A stretch of 64,000 nucleotides of DNA from an uncultured Flavobacteriales bacterium (GTDB taxonomy: Bacteria; Bacteroidota; Bacteroidia; Flavobacteriales_E; Vicingaceae): NCBI GenBank assembly GCA_963716125.1, contig OY970294.1, positions 3,585,396 through 3,649,395 of the forward strand, given 5' to 3'. Shown piece after piece: positions 1 through 10,562 of this stretch (positions are counted from its first letter, which is position 1; each line of letters opens with the position of its first letter). Both the position numbers and the translations under genes were made by a program. The notes under the pieces are model-generated. The model was not told the DNA's origin. It saw nothing but the letters and a program-made list of their open reading frames with translations, and did not search any database.

Positions 1-850
1 TATATACCTCAGGGTGTCCTAAAAACCAAAATAAATGTTGAAATAATATCGGACTACCACCATCAACTTCTAAAGCTTGACCACCAATAAAAATATCTGA
101 TAGATAAAAACTAGTTCCAAAGGATCGATCAAAAAGTAAAAGCAAAACACCTCCAAAAAGGACAGGAAAAGAAATAACACCTAAAATAGCGGTTACAAAG
201 AATGCCCAAATGGTCAAAGGCAACCTCGTCATAGTCATACCTTTTGTTCTTAGATTTAAGATAGTAACAATATAATTAATACCGGCTAATAACTGAGAAA
301 TTATAAATAATGCCATAGAAGCTATCCATAAAGTCATACCCATTCCTGAACCTGGTATTGCTTGAGGCAATGCACTTAATGGTGGATAAATAGTCCAACC
401 ACCAGCTGCAGGCCCACCTTCTACAAATAGAGATGCAATCATTACACAACTAGATAGGAAGAAAAACCAATATGATAGCATGTTCATAAACCCAGATGCC
501 ATATCTCTAGCTCCGATTTGAAGCGGAATTAATAAATTACTAAAGGTTCCACTCAGTCCCGCTGTTAAAAGGAAAAATACCATGATGGTACCGTGAATAG
601 TAACTAAAGCTAAATATTTATCAGGTGCTAAAACACCATCAGGTGCCCAACTTCCTAATATAGTTTCCAATAAAGGAACACTTTCTCCAGGCCATCCAAG
701 TTGAATTCTAAAAATTAGAGACATCAACATACCGATGAAACCCATAAAAGTTCCGGTAAGTAAAAACTGCTTTGATATCATTTTGTGATCAGTACTAAAA
801 ATATACTTAAACAAAAAGTCGTTATCTTGGTGATGTGCGTGATTAGACAT
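1..850 (-). CDS. ctaD: cytochrome c oxidase subunit I (N-terminal ~283 aa; the gene runs off the window start)
   Basis: Minus-strand ATG at 850. The translation [33 protein letters not shown]...[20 protein letters not shown] is the typical heme-copper oxidase subunit I N-terminus. It lies directly downstream of coxII. Confidence 0.85.
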   Translation of the reverse strand, partial: [283 protein letters not shown]

Positions 851-883
851 GGAAAAATATTTTAAGTCTTGTTGTTTTATAAA

Positions 884-1957
884 TTAGTTTAATACAGCTG
901 TTGAAGTACTATCAGTTGCTGTCTCTTCAGTATTCATTTCTTCTTTATTCTCTTCATTTTCCGAAGAATTAGTTGATTTCCCTTCAACAGCTAAAAATTC
1001 TTTTTGCTCTCCTAACCATTTCTCAAAATCAGCTTCACTTTCTACAATGATATCCATTTGCATATTATAATGTGCTGCTCCGCATATTTTATTACACAGT
1101 AACAAATAATTAAACTCAGGATTTTTAGTGATTTCTTTCATCTCCACTGTTGTAATAGTTGGTTTAAAACCAAATCTGGTAGTCATACCAGGCACACAGT
1201 TCATTTGAGCTCTAAAGTGGGGCATATAAGCACTATGAATTACATCTTGAGCTCTAAATATAAATTGAACAGACCTGTTAACAGGTAAATGAAACTCGGC
1301 TCTTACAATTTTATCATCCCAACCTTTTGAATCAGTAGAATCCATACCTAAAGCATTAGTTCCACCTATATTTCTAACATTTGCAGCTCCAAGCTCTCTA
1401 TCTTCACCTGCATATCTCGCTATCCAACCAAATTGGTAACCGTACACTTCAATCAAAAGAGGGTTTTCCTCTTCAGAAACTGGCGTAGTAATTTTACTCC
1501 ATGTACTTAATCCATATAGAATTAAAATTGACAAAACTACAGTTGGAACTATTGTCCAAAGGATTTCCAATTTATTACTATGAGGGAAAAATTCCGCTCG
1601 TCTATTCTTATCATATCTATATTTCCAAGCGAAATAAAACAATAAAATATGGGTAATAATAAATACCGGAAAAATAATAATCCAAGTAGTTAACATTAAA
1701 TTATCTACAGCAACACCATGTTCCGAAGCAGACTCAGGCAATAAATATTGACCCCAAGCAAGCATTTGATAAATAATAAATAAGAAGTACGCTATTAGAA
1801 AAACAGGCATCATCCATGCTTGGGTTTTATTGTCCCTGTCGGTAACATCCCAAGAGTTTTCACCTCTAGCCTTTCCGGCATTTTCCAATACTTTAATTAA
1901 TTGAGCTAAGGCTATAATACCTAAGACTACCGAAACTATAATAAGCAAATTTAGCAT
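884..1957 (-). CDS. coxB: cytochrome c oxidase subunit II (CuA site CNKICGAAHYNM)
   Basis: 357-aa ORF with N-terminal TM helices and the CuA-ligand pattern H..C.E.C.GH..M (HSAYMPHF...LLCNKICGAAHYNM). It is adjacent to coxI. Confidence 0.85.
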   Translation of the reverse strand: MLNLLIIVSVVLGIIALAQLIKVLENAGKARGENSWDVTDRDNKTQAWMMPVFLIAYFLFIIYQMLAWGQYLLPESASEHGVAVDNLMLTTWIIIFPVFIITHILLFYFAWKYRYDKNRRAEFFPHSNKLEILWTIVPTVVLSILILYGLSTWSKITTPVSEEENPLLIEVYGYQFGWIARYAGEDRELGAANVRNIGGTNALGMDSTDSKGWDDKIVRAEFHLPVNRSVQFIFRAQDVIHSAYMPHFRAQMNCVPGMTTRFGFKPTITTVEMKEITKNPEFNYLLLCNKICGAAHYNMQMDIIVESEADFEKWLGEQKEFLAVEGKSTNSSENEENKEEMNTEETATDSTSTAVLN

Positions 1958-1982
1958 TGCAAATATCTTTTAGTGTTTATTT

Positions 1983-3245
1983 TTAAATGTGTAAGTGTTT
2001 ACTTTCATCAAGGAAAGGATGATTTTTTACTACTAGTGGTGCCTTGGCCAACGACCTAAATACCACGAATAAAAACAATCCTAAAAATCCTATAAAAGTA
2101 CCAATTTCTAATATTCCAAATTCCCAATGTTTACCAACCGATCCTGGCATTACTAATAAAAATACATCTAGCCAGTGACCAATAAATATAATCAATCCAA
2201 TTACCAGTGAGTACCCAATACTTCTTTTAGCGTCACGAGACATTAAAACAACCATAGGTAAGACAAAATTTACAGCAAATACTCCAAAAAACAATCCTTT
2301 ATACTCTCCAATTCGAGTCATATAGTAAGTAACTTCTTCAGGAATATTAGAATACCAGATTAAAAGGAATTGAGCGAACCATAAATAACTCCATAAGAAA
2401 CTTACGGCAAACATCCATTTGCTTATGTCTTGTAGGTGAGATTTATTTACTACTTCTAAATACCCTTTTGATTTCAAATAAATGGTCAATAAAACAATAG
2501 TTATCATAGCACTAATCCACATTCCTGAGAAAACATACCAGCCATATAGCGAACTAAACCAATGCGCATCAATAGACATTAACCAATCCCACGCTGACGT
2601 GGTAGAAGTGAATGCAAAGAAAAGTAAAAACATGGCGCTATAAACAATATTTTTAAAATGTATTTTAGTTCCTCCTTCTCTATCTTCCAATAATGATCGT
2701 TTTCTAAATAATCTTACAAAGAAAAGCCAAACACATAAGTAAGCAATAGTTCTAATCCAAAAGAATCCAATATTCAAATAAGCTGATTTTCCATCTAATA
2801 CTTCATCATAATGATGATTTACAACTGCTCCTTCTACTGCTTCTTTAGTAAATTCAGGATGCGCTGAATCCATGGTACTTTCAATTATAAATTCATGAGT
2901 AGCTGCAGGATCCATCCAATGATAAATATGATTGAAGTGCATCGTACTAGCAGCAAAAAATATAACTAAAGTAATAGCACCAATCCACATATACTGACTC
3001 ACCGCTTCAAATATTCTCTTTAGGACAATCATATAGGAAGCTTCAGCGGCATATTGCAATGCTAAGAAAAACAATGCACCCAATGATATTCCAAAGAAAA
3101 AGAATGAATTTATAAGAATGTTTGCCCAAAATCTTGAATGATGAGCTGTTTCATCGCCACTAAATCCTAGGATAAGAGCAATAACTCCTATCACCATAAA
3201 AACAGTGAAGGTAATTTTTGATTTATTTGAAAATACGAATTCCAT
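1983..3245 (-). CDS. actF: alternative complex III subunit ActF (NrfD-like polytopic membrane protein)
   Basis: 420-aa multi-TM protein in the last position of the actABCDEF gene order, immediately upstream of the cox genes. Confidence 0.65.
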   Translation of the reverse strand: MEFVFSNKSKITFTVFMVIGVIALILGFSGDETAHHSRFWANILINSFFFFGISLGALFFLALQYAAEASYMIVLKRIFEAVSQYMWIGAITLVIFFAASTMHFNHIYHWMDPAATHEFIIESTMDSAHPEFTKEAVEGAVVNHHYDEVLDGKSAYLNIGFFWIRTIAYLCVWLFFVRLFRKRSLLEDREGGTKIHFKNIVYSAMFLLFFAFTSTTSAWDWLMSIDAHWFSSLYGWYVFSGMWISAMITIVLLTIYLKSKGYLEVVNKSHLQDISKWMFAVSFLWSYLWFAQFLLIWYSNIPEEVTYYMTRIGEYKGLFFGVFAVNFVLPMVVLMSRDAKRSIGYSLVIGLIIFIGHWLDVFLLVMPGSVGKHWEFGILEIGTFIGFLGLFLFVVFRSLAKAPLVVKNHPFLDESKHLHI

Positions 3246-3267
3246 ACTAGCTGTATTTTTACTTTCT

Positions 3268-3924
3268 TTAATTATTTATAACTGTATCCTTAGCAGTTGA
3301 AGCTAATGGTGCACTAGCAGCCTCGCTATTAATTTGAACTATTCCTTTTCCTTGCAAAGTTTCTACATAAGAAACGATTAACCATCTTTCTTCTTCTGTC
3401 AATTGAGAAGCATGAGGACCCATAGCATTTAAGCCATACATAATTGTATGATAAATGTTACCGGCTTTTAATTCAGACATTGACATTCCACCTCTTCTCG
3501 TTTTTGCTTGATCGGCATAAGAAGGGATAGCACTGTAAACCGGATGAGTAATACTTCCGTTTCCCTCTCCTTTAGGTCCATGACAATGTTGACAAAAAGA
3601 AGCGAATAATTCTCCCCCTTTTGCTAAAACTTCATCTGTAACTCTGAAAGGAATTCGTAATTTATTCCCTGCCTCTAAGTAACCATCTAAATTATTTTCA
3701 AATGGATATGGATGATATCCTCTTGCTATTGTATGTTCCACAGGTAGCCTAGAAGTTTGGGAATCTGGATATTCATAATCCACATATGCCTCAATAGCTG
3801 GTGATCTATACATATCGGGCATATATTCTACCCCAGGACTATTGGAATCTCCACAAGAAGACAACACCATACTACCGAAGAGTGCAGTGAATGTAATTTT
3901 TGTTATGATATTATTTCTTTTCAT
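3268..3924 (-). CDS. actE: alternative complex III subunit ActE (monoheme cytochrome c lipoprotein)
   Basis: Lipoprotein signal (LSSCGDS). It has a single CxxCH motif (CQHCHGPKGEG) and sits between actD and actF. Confidence 0.75.
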   Translation of the reverse strand: MKRNNIITKITFTALFGSMVLSSCGDSNSPGVEYMPDMYRSPAIEAYVDYEYPDSQTSRLPVEHTIARGYHPYPFENNLDGYLEAGNKLRIPFRVTDEVLAKGGELFASFCQHCHGPKGEGNGSITHPVYSAIPSYADQAKTRRGGMSMSELKAGNIYHTIMYGLNAMGPHASQLTEEERWLIVSYVETLQGKGIVQINSEAASAPLASTAKDTVINN

Positions 3925-3946
3925 TTTAATGCCTTATTCTAATTTC

Positions 3947-4475
3947 TTATCTAGCTTCAACTCTTATTGTACCTGTTGCTATCAACATTTCTTCCAATTC
4001 GGATTCTGTTTGATCATGGTTATCATGAACATGCAACTCCATCACAAATTTATCATTGGTTGTTTCAGGATAAGGATTTCTTGCTTTAACACCTGGTAAA
4101 GTCCAGTTTCTTAAAAAGTAAGTCAATGCCAAACCATGAGCTGCCATCAAAACTGTAAACTCAAAAGTAATAGGAATGAAAGCAGGTAAATTATCCATTA
4201 ACGTAAAATTGGGTTTACCACCTACGTTCATAGGCCAATCCTGAATCATAAAATACCACATACCTGTAAGCGCTAAAATCAAGCCTACACATCCATATAT
4301 AAATGAAGTGATTGCAATTCTTGTTGGTTTTATACCGATGATAGGATCCAAACCATGAATTGGGAAAGGAGAAAACACATCTGCGTATATATATACCTTT
4401 TGATACCAAATCTTTTGCTCCTTTTAGCAAGATTTGTTCATCATCGTAGGTTGCGTATATAACTTTATCAGCCAT
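3947..4475 (-). CDS. actD: alternative complex III subunit ActD (DUF3341 family), reading frame interrupted by a 1-nt indel near 4382-4385
   Basis: The N-terminus MADKVIYATYDDEQILLKGAKDLVSKGIYI is in one frame (from 4475). The rest, (A)DVFSPFPIHGLDPIIGIKPTRIAITSFIYGCVGL..., is in the -1 frame (6-frame ORFs 4215..4475 and 3947..4378). Joined together they reproduce the conserved ActD pattern G-x-x-I-x-(D/E)-V-(F/Y)-(S/T)-PFP-(I/V)-HGLD. Confidence 0.6.
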
Positions 4476-4487
4476 TTTTAAGTATTA

Positions 4488-5882
4488 TTAAATTTTTAAT
4501 GCTCGTGAGATTCCTTTTTGTAGTGCCTCTCCTGATGATTTTAAAATTGATTTTAATTCATTTAATGCCAAAACTGGGAAATACCTTGCAAATAATAAAA
4601 ACAATACAAAGAAAATTCCAATTGTTCCAATAAAACATCCTATATCTACAAATGTAGGGTGAAACATGGTCCAACTTGAAGGTAAGTAATCTCTACTTAA
4701 ACAGTTTACAATAATCATAAATCTTTCAAACCACATCCCAATATTTACAACAATTGAAATTATAAATGAAAGCATAATACTTGTTCTAACACTTTTAATC
4801 CAAAGCATGTTTGGAACAATAATATTACAAAGAATCAATAACCAAAATGCCCAAGCATAAGGTCCAGTAGCGGCTCCTACCGACATATAAGTGTTGCTTT
4901 CGTAGATAACTCCGGTGTACCATCCTATAAAAAATTCCGCAAAATAAGCTGTAGCTACTAAACCACCACATACTATAATTACGATATTCATATATTCGAT
5001 ATGCTTAATAGTAACATATTCTTCTAAGTTCAATACCTTTCTCATAATAATCAAAAGAGTCTGAACCATAGCAAATCCTGAAAATACAGCACCCGCTACA
5101 AAATAGGGAGGAAAAATAGTACTATGCCATCCAGGTATTACAGATGTAGCAAAATCCATGGATACAATAGAGTGAACAGAGAATACTAAAGGTGTAGCCA
5201 ATCCAGCTAACACTAAAGATACTTCTTCAAATCTACTCCAAGCTTTTGCATTTCCTGACCAACCAAAGGCTAATAAACTGTATACCTTTTTAGGAACTAC
5301 TTTTGTAACTTTATCTCTAATAGTAGCAAAATCAGGAATTAATCCAATATACCAGAATACTAATGAAACTGAGAAATACGTACTAATTGCGAACACATCC
5401 CAAAGAAGTGGCGAATTAAAATTCACCCAAAGTGATCCAAATTGATTAGGCAATGGAAATACAAAATAAGCTAACCAAATTCTACCCATGTGAATACCAG
5501 GCCAAACTGCAGCCATCATTACCGCAAAAATCGTCATCGCTTCTGCAGAACGGTTAATTGCCATTCTCCATTTTTGACGGAATAATAGAAGTACAGCAGA
5601 AATTAATGTTCCTGCGTGTCCAATACCTACCCACCATACAAAGTTGGTAATATCCCATGCCCAACCCACAGTTTTATTAAGACCCCAAGTACCTACTCCG
5701 GTTCCTAGTAAATAGAGTATACATCCTATTCCCCATAAAGCCATAATACTGGCGATGCCGAAAGCAATGTACCAAGAACGATTAGCTTTACCAATAATTG
5801 GTCTAAGCACATCATTAGTGATGTCATCATAGGATTTTTCTCCTAATATTAGTGGTGTTCTTATTGCTGATTCCTGATGCAT
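4488..5882 (-). CDS. actC: alternative complex III subunit ActC (NrfD/PsrC-like quinol-interacting membrane subunit)
   Basis: 464-aa polytopic membrane protein in position 3 of the act operon. Confidence 0.8.
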   Translation of the reverse strand: MHQESAIRTPLILGEKSYDDITNDVLRPIIGKANRSWYIAFGIASIMALWGIGCILYLLGTGVGTWGLNKTVGWAWDITNFVWWVGIGHAGTLISAVLLLFRQKWRMAINRSAEAMTIFAVMMAAVWPGIHMGRIWLAYFVFPLPNQFGSLWVNFNSPLLWDVFAISTYFSVSLVFWYIGLIPDFATIRDKVTKVVPKKVYSLLAFGWSGNAKAWSRFEEVSLVLAGLATPLVFSVHSIVSMDFATSVIPGWHSTIFPPYFVAGAVFSGFAMVQTLLIIMRKVLNLEEYVTIKHIEYMNIVIIVCGGLVATAYFAEFFIGWYTGVIYESNTYMSVGAATGPYAWAFWLLILCNIIVPNMLWIKSVRTSIMLSFIISIVVNIGMWFERFMIIVNCLSRDYLPSSWTMFHPTFVDIGCFIGTIGIFFVLFLLFARYFPVLALNELKSILKSSGEALQKGISRALKI

Positions 5883-5912
5883 TATAATACTTTTTTGCTA
5901 TTTCTTGATTAA

Positions 5913-8900
5913 TTAAGCTTTTGCTTCTTCTATATTTCTAACTTTCAATTGGTAATATACATTTGGCTCTGTACCTATTTCTTCTATAACTCTATAAGCT
6001 CTTTGACTGTCTGCTTTTTGTCTTACATGGGTTTCCTTATCATTCAAATCACCAAAAATAATCGCATTGGTAGGACAAGCTGATGCACATGCCGTTTCGA
6101 TTTCGCCATCTTTAACAGCTCTACTCTCTATCTTAGCATTCAATTTTCCTTCTTGAATACGTTGAACGCACATACTACATTTTTCCATAACCCCTCTAGC
6201 TCTCACTGTAACATCAGGATTTAATACCATTCTTCCCAAATCATCTTGAGCAGGGTTTATTGCATTAAAATCACTGTTATTTTGGTAGCTAAACCAGTTA
6301 AAACGTCTTACCTTATAAGGACAGTTGTTGGCACAATATCTTGTACCGATACATCTGTTATAAGTCATCATATTCAAACCTTCATTACTATGTGTAGTTG
6401 CCAATACAGGACATACAGTTTCACATGGTGCATGATTACAATGCTGACACATCATTGGTTGAAATACTACCTGTGGATTATCCTCAGGAATTTCTAAGTC
6501 CTTATTATAACGAACATCTTTTTCAGGATCGGGAGTTGCTGCACTAAAATATCTATCTATTCTAATCCAATGCATTTCTCTTGATCTTCTTACTTCATCT
6601 TTACCAACAACTGGAACATTATTTTCAGAAGTACAAGAAGTTACACAAGCTGAACATCCAATACATGAGTTCATATCAATGGACATTCCCCATCTATGAC
6701 CAACATTAGCTACAGGGTGTTTACCCCATAAATCTGCATCGGTAGTTTTAATAGGACTATCATGCAAAGTAACTAAATGCGGTGGATTATAAGTTTCTAT
6801 CGTTTTATTTTTGAAGGTATCAAAAGAAGTTTCTTTTACGATAGAATCTCTACCCATAATAGTTTGATGTGTTTGAGTAGTTGCAATCTGATAATCATCA
6901 GCTGCCATTTCAAAACTTACATCAGCACTATAGTTTTCTACATTATTTCCATAAGGCATTGCTGGATAAACGTTAAATCCAACTATTTGATCATCTTTAC
7001 CAATAGTTTGACCATAACCAACAGCTACACCAAGAGTACCTCTTGCCTGTCCTGGTTGAGAAATTACAGGAACACCATTAAATTCAACACCATTAATTTT
7101 AATATTCATGGTATTAGCATCCTTTTGCTCACCATATTCAGTATTGTAATCCAACTCACGAGCATCCGAAGGATTCATAGTAATATAATTGTCCCAAGTA
7201 ATTTTAGAAATTGGATCGGGCAATTCTTGTAACCATGGATTATGAGCATCATTACCTGTACCAATACCCACTTTTTGGTAAAATTCAATTTCCCAATCTC
7301 CTGCAGGTGCCTTTGAAACTGAAGCGATTGCTGAATTAACATTCCCACTAAATACAGCATCTGATGCCGTATTCAAATCATGTGAAAAAACACCATCACC
7401 TAAAGTGGCACTCCAAAAGTCAAAGAAATTTAAACTCTTATTTTGCATTGGGTAGGCTTTCGCTTCCCAATTTTTCTTGATGTAAGAATAATAATCTCCA
7501 TCCATATCCATCCAAGCCATCAAAGACTCTTGAAATTGTCTTGAATCAAACAATTTAGAAATTACAGGCTGAGATAAAGAATACTGACCTTGAGATGGGT
7601 TGAAATCATTCCAAGATTCTAAATAATGATTATCAGGAGCAATATAATTACATAAATCTGTAGTAGCATTTGGACGAATAGCAAAAGAAACTCTTGTTTT
7701 TACTTTAGCCAAAGCTGCAGAAAAACCAGCTTGAGCAGGCATTGAATAAGCAGGATTAACTCCACTTATAAAAATTGCATCTACAGCTCCAGAGTTCATG
7801 TCCTTTGCTAATTTTGCAACCGCTTTATCGTTTCCTTGTCTTAAAAATGAAGGGTTATCTATATCAATAGTAGAACCATAACTACCCAAAAGGTTGTTAA
7901 TAGCATTAACTATTATTTGTGAATTTACATCATTAGAATTAGATATTACAAGTGCTGCACCTTTAGATTTTACTAAAGAATCACCTGCTCTTGCAATTTG
8001 CGCATCTACAGTAGTACTTACAGAATTACCTGCATTACCGCCAACTTTAGAAGCAACATAATTATATAGTGCTGCCAATACCTTACCATGCTCTGATGGT
8101 TTGATTGGTGTTCTATAATCAGCGTTAGAACCACTTAATGAAAAAGAAGTTTCAAACTGAAAATGTTGTGACATCCAATCGTTTTCAGGTTTTCTACCTA
8201 AAGCGTATTGTTTTGCAAATTGTATAGGAGAAATCCAATTACCTAGAAAATCTGCCCCTACTGAAACTATAGTTTTAGCATTTTCAAAATGATAAGAAGG
8301 CAAAACATTTTTACCAAATGATTGCATATTAGCCTCGATTATAGCTGAAGAAGAAACTGCATCATAAGAAACATGTTCAATAGAAGCTGCAGGATACTTT
8401 GCTTTTAATTCTTCAATCAACATTTTGGTAGACGGACTAAGAATTGTATTGGTTAAAATTCTAATTGATCCACCTTTTGAATTAATAGCTGACAAATCTG
8501 CTTTAATTGCTTTATCTAAACTAGCCCAAGATGCTGTTTCTCCATTTATCATTGGAGATTTTATTCTTTTACCATCATATAATGAAAGCAATGAAGAGTT
8601 AACTCTAGCACTTACGCCTCCATTTGTAACTTTTGATAGCTTATTCCCATCAATTTTAATTGGACGACCTTCTCGTGTTTTTACTAATATGCTTGCATAA
8701 TCATTTCCATCAGAGAATGAGGTTGCATACCAATTAGCCAGTCCAGGTGTAATATTATCAGGTTTTACGACATAAGGAATTGCTTTAATAACAGGAGTTT
8801 CACAAGCTGCCAAAGAAGCCGCTGTAATTCCAAAACCTAAATACTTCAAAAAGTCTCTTCTTGTAGTAGAAGAAGATTCTAAAGCTTCTTTATCGCCTAA

Positions 8901-9011
8901 AAACTGTTCTGATGGCAAATACTCGCTAAATTCCTTATTTTTTGAAGTAGAAAAATTAGCAGAGTCATTTAACTCTTCAGTACCTTTCCAATATTTTTTA
9001 TTCTTATCCAT
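5913..9011 (-). CDS. actB: alternative complex III subunit ActB (molybdopterin-oxidoreductase-like / 4Fe-4S ferredoxin fusion, Tat-exported)
   Basis: 1032 aa with a Tat motif (RRDFLKYLGF). It has a large MopB-like domain followed by Cys-rich ferredoxin motifs (CIGCSACVTSC, CQHCNHAPCETVCP, CIGTRYCANNCP). Confidence 0.85.
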   Translation of the reverse strand: MDKNKKYWKGTEELNDSANFSTSKNKEFSEYLPSEQFLGDKEALESSSTTRRDFLKYLGFGITAASLAACETPVIKAIPYVVKPDNITPGLANWYATSFSDGNDYASILVKTREGRPIKIDGNKLSKVTNGGVSARVNSSLLSLYDGKRIKSPMINGETASWASLDKAIKADLSAINSKGGSIRILTNTILSPSTKMLIEELKAKYPAASIEHVSYDAVSSSAIIEANMQSFGKNVLPSYHFENAKTIVSVGADFLGNWISPIQFAKQYALGRKPENDWMSQHFQFETSFSLSGSNADYRTPIKPSEHGKVLAALYNYVASKVGGNAGNSVSTTVDAQIARAGDSLVKSKGAALVISNSNDVNSQIIVNAINNLLGSYGSTIDIDNPSFLRQGNDKAVAKLAKDMNSGAVDAIFISGVNPAYSMPAQAGFSAALAKVKTRVSFAIRPNATTDLCNYIAPDNHYLESWNDFNPSQGQYSLSQPVISKLFDSRQFQESLMAWMDMDGDYYSYIKKNWEAKAYPMQNKSLNFFDFWSATLGDGVFSHDLNTASDAVFSGNVNSAIASVSKAPAGDWEIEFYQKVGIGTGNDAHNPWLQELPDPISKITWDNYITMNPSDARELDYNTEYGEQKDANTMNIKINGVEFNGVPVISQPGQARGTLGVAVGYGQTIGKDDQIVGFNVYPAMPYGNNVENYSADVSFEMAADDYQIATTQTHQTIMGRDSIVKETSFDTFKNKTIETYNPPHLVTLHDSPIKTTDADLWGKHPVANVGHRWGMSIDMNSCIGCSACVTSCTSENNVPVVGKDEVRRSREMHWIRIDRYFSAATPDPEKDVRYNKDLEIPEDNPQVVFQPMMCQHCNHAPCETVCPVLATTHSNEGLNMMTYNRCIGTRYCANNCPYKVRRFNWFSYQNNSDFNAINPAQDDLGRMVLNPDVTVRARGVMEKCSMCVQRIQEGKLNAKIESRAVKDGEIETACASACPTNAIIFGDLNDKETHVRQKADSQRAYRVIEEIGTEPNVYYQLKVRNIEEAKA

Positions 9012-9046
9012 AGATATAAATTGAAACTTTGTGGAATTATTTTATC

Positions 9047-10306
9047 TTAATAGTGACACTTAGCGCATTCAATACCGCCTAACTCACTAACAGTAATAAC
9101 ACCGTCTTCTAAATATTCTTTTCTTAATTTTTCAGGTAATCTTTTATGAATTTCATCATAATAACCATTTCCTTCCATTTGCACTTTAGTTTCTTCATGA
9201 CAATGAATACACCATCCCATTGTTAATGGAGCAAATTGTTTTCCAACAGTATAAGTCTCAACCGGCCCATGACATGTTTGACATTCGATTTGACCAACTT
9301 TAATATGTTGTGAATGATTAAAATAAACGTGATCAGGAAGATTATGAACTTTAACCCATTTAATTGGAGTAGTATTTTCTCCGTAAGTTTTAGTTACAGG
9401 ATCAAAATCTAAAGCTTTATAAATTTTTGCAATTTCTTCTTTACCGTATTGAGGTCCTTCATTAATATAGGTATGACAATTCATACATAAATTAGCAGCA
9501 GGAATACCAGCTGACTTACTATTTTTAGCACTACTGTGGCAGTACTGACAATCTATTTTATTCTGACCTGCATGTAATTGGTGAGAAAACTTGATAGGTT
9601 GTTCTGGCTCATAACCTTGATAAACGCCAATATTTAGAGCTGTATCCCATCCAGCCTTTGCTACTAAAACAATTAAACCAAGTACTATTAATGCAACAAA
9701 TTTTCTATTGGTAGCCATCCAATTTTGAATAGCGCCAAACATATTCGTCTCTTCTTCAATTTCCCCTTCTTGCATTACAGAACGCAAGGAATAGTTCACC
9801 TTTCTAAGAATTCCGATAATAACCAAAAGAATTACTAATGCACCTAAAAATACATAAGTAGTAGAATTATCAGATTCCTCAACTGCAGCATCACCATTAG
9901 CTCCTGCTACAACCGGTGCAGCAGCATCAGCTGTTGCAGAAGCAGCTCCTGCTTCATTAACATATGCAAAGATAGCGTCAATTTCTTCGTTAGTAACAGG
10001 TTGAGCAGGCATTGCCAACTTATTAAACTCATTGTAAATTGCTACTGCATCTTTATCTCCTGAGGCAATGAATTCAGATGAGTTTTTAACCCATTTGTAA
10101 ATCCATTCCATATCATGCTTTTCAGTAACTCCAGCTAAACCTGGCCCCACTAAAGTTTTTTCACTTGGATAGTGACAAGAAGCGCAATAAGACTTAAAAA
10201 GCTTTGCCCCATCTTGAGCGTAGGCTATATTAGACAGTAGAGAAACAGCAACAAAAAGTAGCCCGTATATCTTTAAATTTATTGATTTAGTATGAAATGC
10301 CTTCAT
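9047..10306 (-). CDS. actA: alternative complex III subunit ActA (multiheme cytochrome c)
   Basis: Six CxxCH motifs (CASCH, CQYCH, CMNCH, CQTCH, CIHCH, CAKCH). The start is placed at the internal Met MKAFHTKSINLKIYGLLFVAVSLL (signal peptide) rather than at the ORF-track start 10384. Confidence 0.8.
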   Translation of the reverse strand: MKAFHTKSINLKIYGLLFVAVSLLSNIAYAQDGAKLFKSYCASCHYPSEKTLVGPGLAGVTEKHDMEWIYKWVKNSSEFIASGDKDAVAIYNEFNKLAMPAQPVTNEEIDAIFAYVNEAGAASATADAAAPVVAGANGDAAVEESDNSTTYVFLGALVILLVIIGILRKVNYSLRSVMQEGEIEEETNMFGAIQNWMATNRKFVALIVLGLIVLVAKAGWDTALNIGVYQGYEPEQPIKFSHQLHAGQNKIDCQYCHSSAKNSKSAGIPAANLCMNCHTYINEGPQYGKEEIAKIYKALDFDPVTKTYGENTTPIKWVKVHNLPDHVYFNHSQHIKVGQIECQTCHGPVETYTVGKQFAPLTMGWCIHCHEETKVQMEGNGYYDEIHKRLPEKLRKEYLEDGVITVSELGGIECAKCHY

Positions 10307-10562
10307 ATTAATGGTATTACGTGTATATCGCAACTGAAATTGAATTAAGTTTACTTTTATGTGGCGCAAATTTATAAGAAACATCGTTTTTAGCTCACTA
10401 TTTTCAACAAAATTAATTGGAGAAAGCTTAATTTATAATGAATCTAAATAAGTTTTAATTTCAATTCAAAGTTGTGATATATTGTTTTATTTAATTAATC
10501 AATTTGTAAATTCACTTCAATTAAAATTCATAATTTTGATTTGAATTTTTAATTCAACTGCA

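Noticed and set aside
3842-4099. 85-aa plus-strand ORF
   Set aside because: Antisense to actE/actD with low-complexity Phe/Leu content. Spurious.
6246-8700. Three plus-strand ORFs (6246..6497, 6777..7232, 8425..8700) and 7175..7360 (-)
   Set aside because: All lie inside, and out of frame with, the 1032-aa actB gene. They are shadow ORFs typical of AT-rich genomes.
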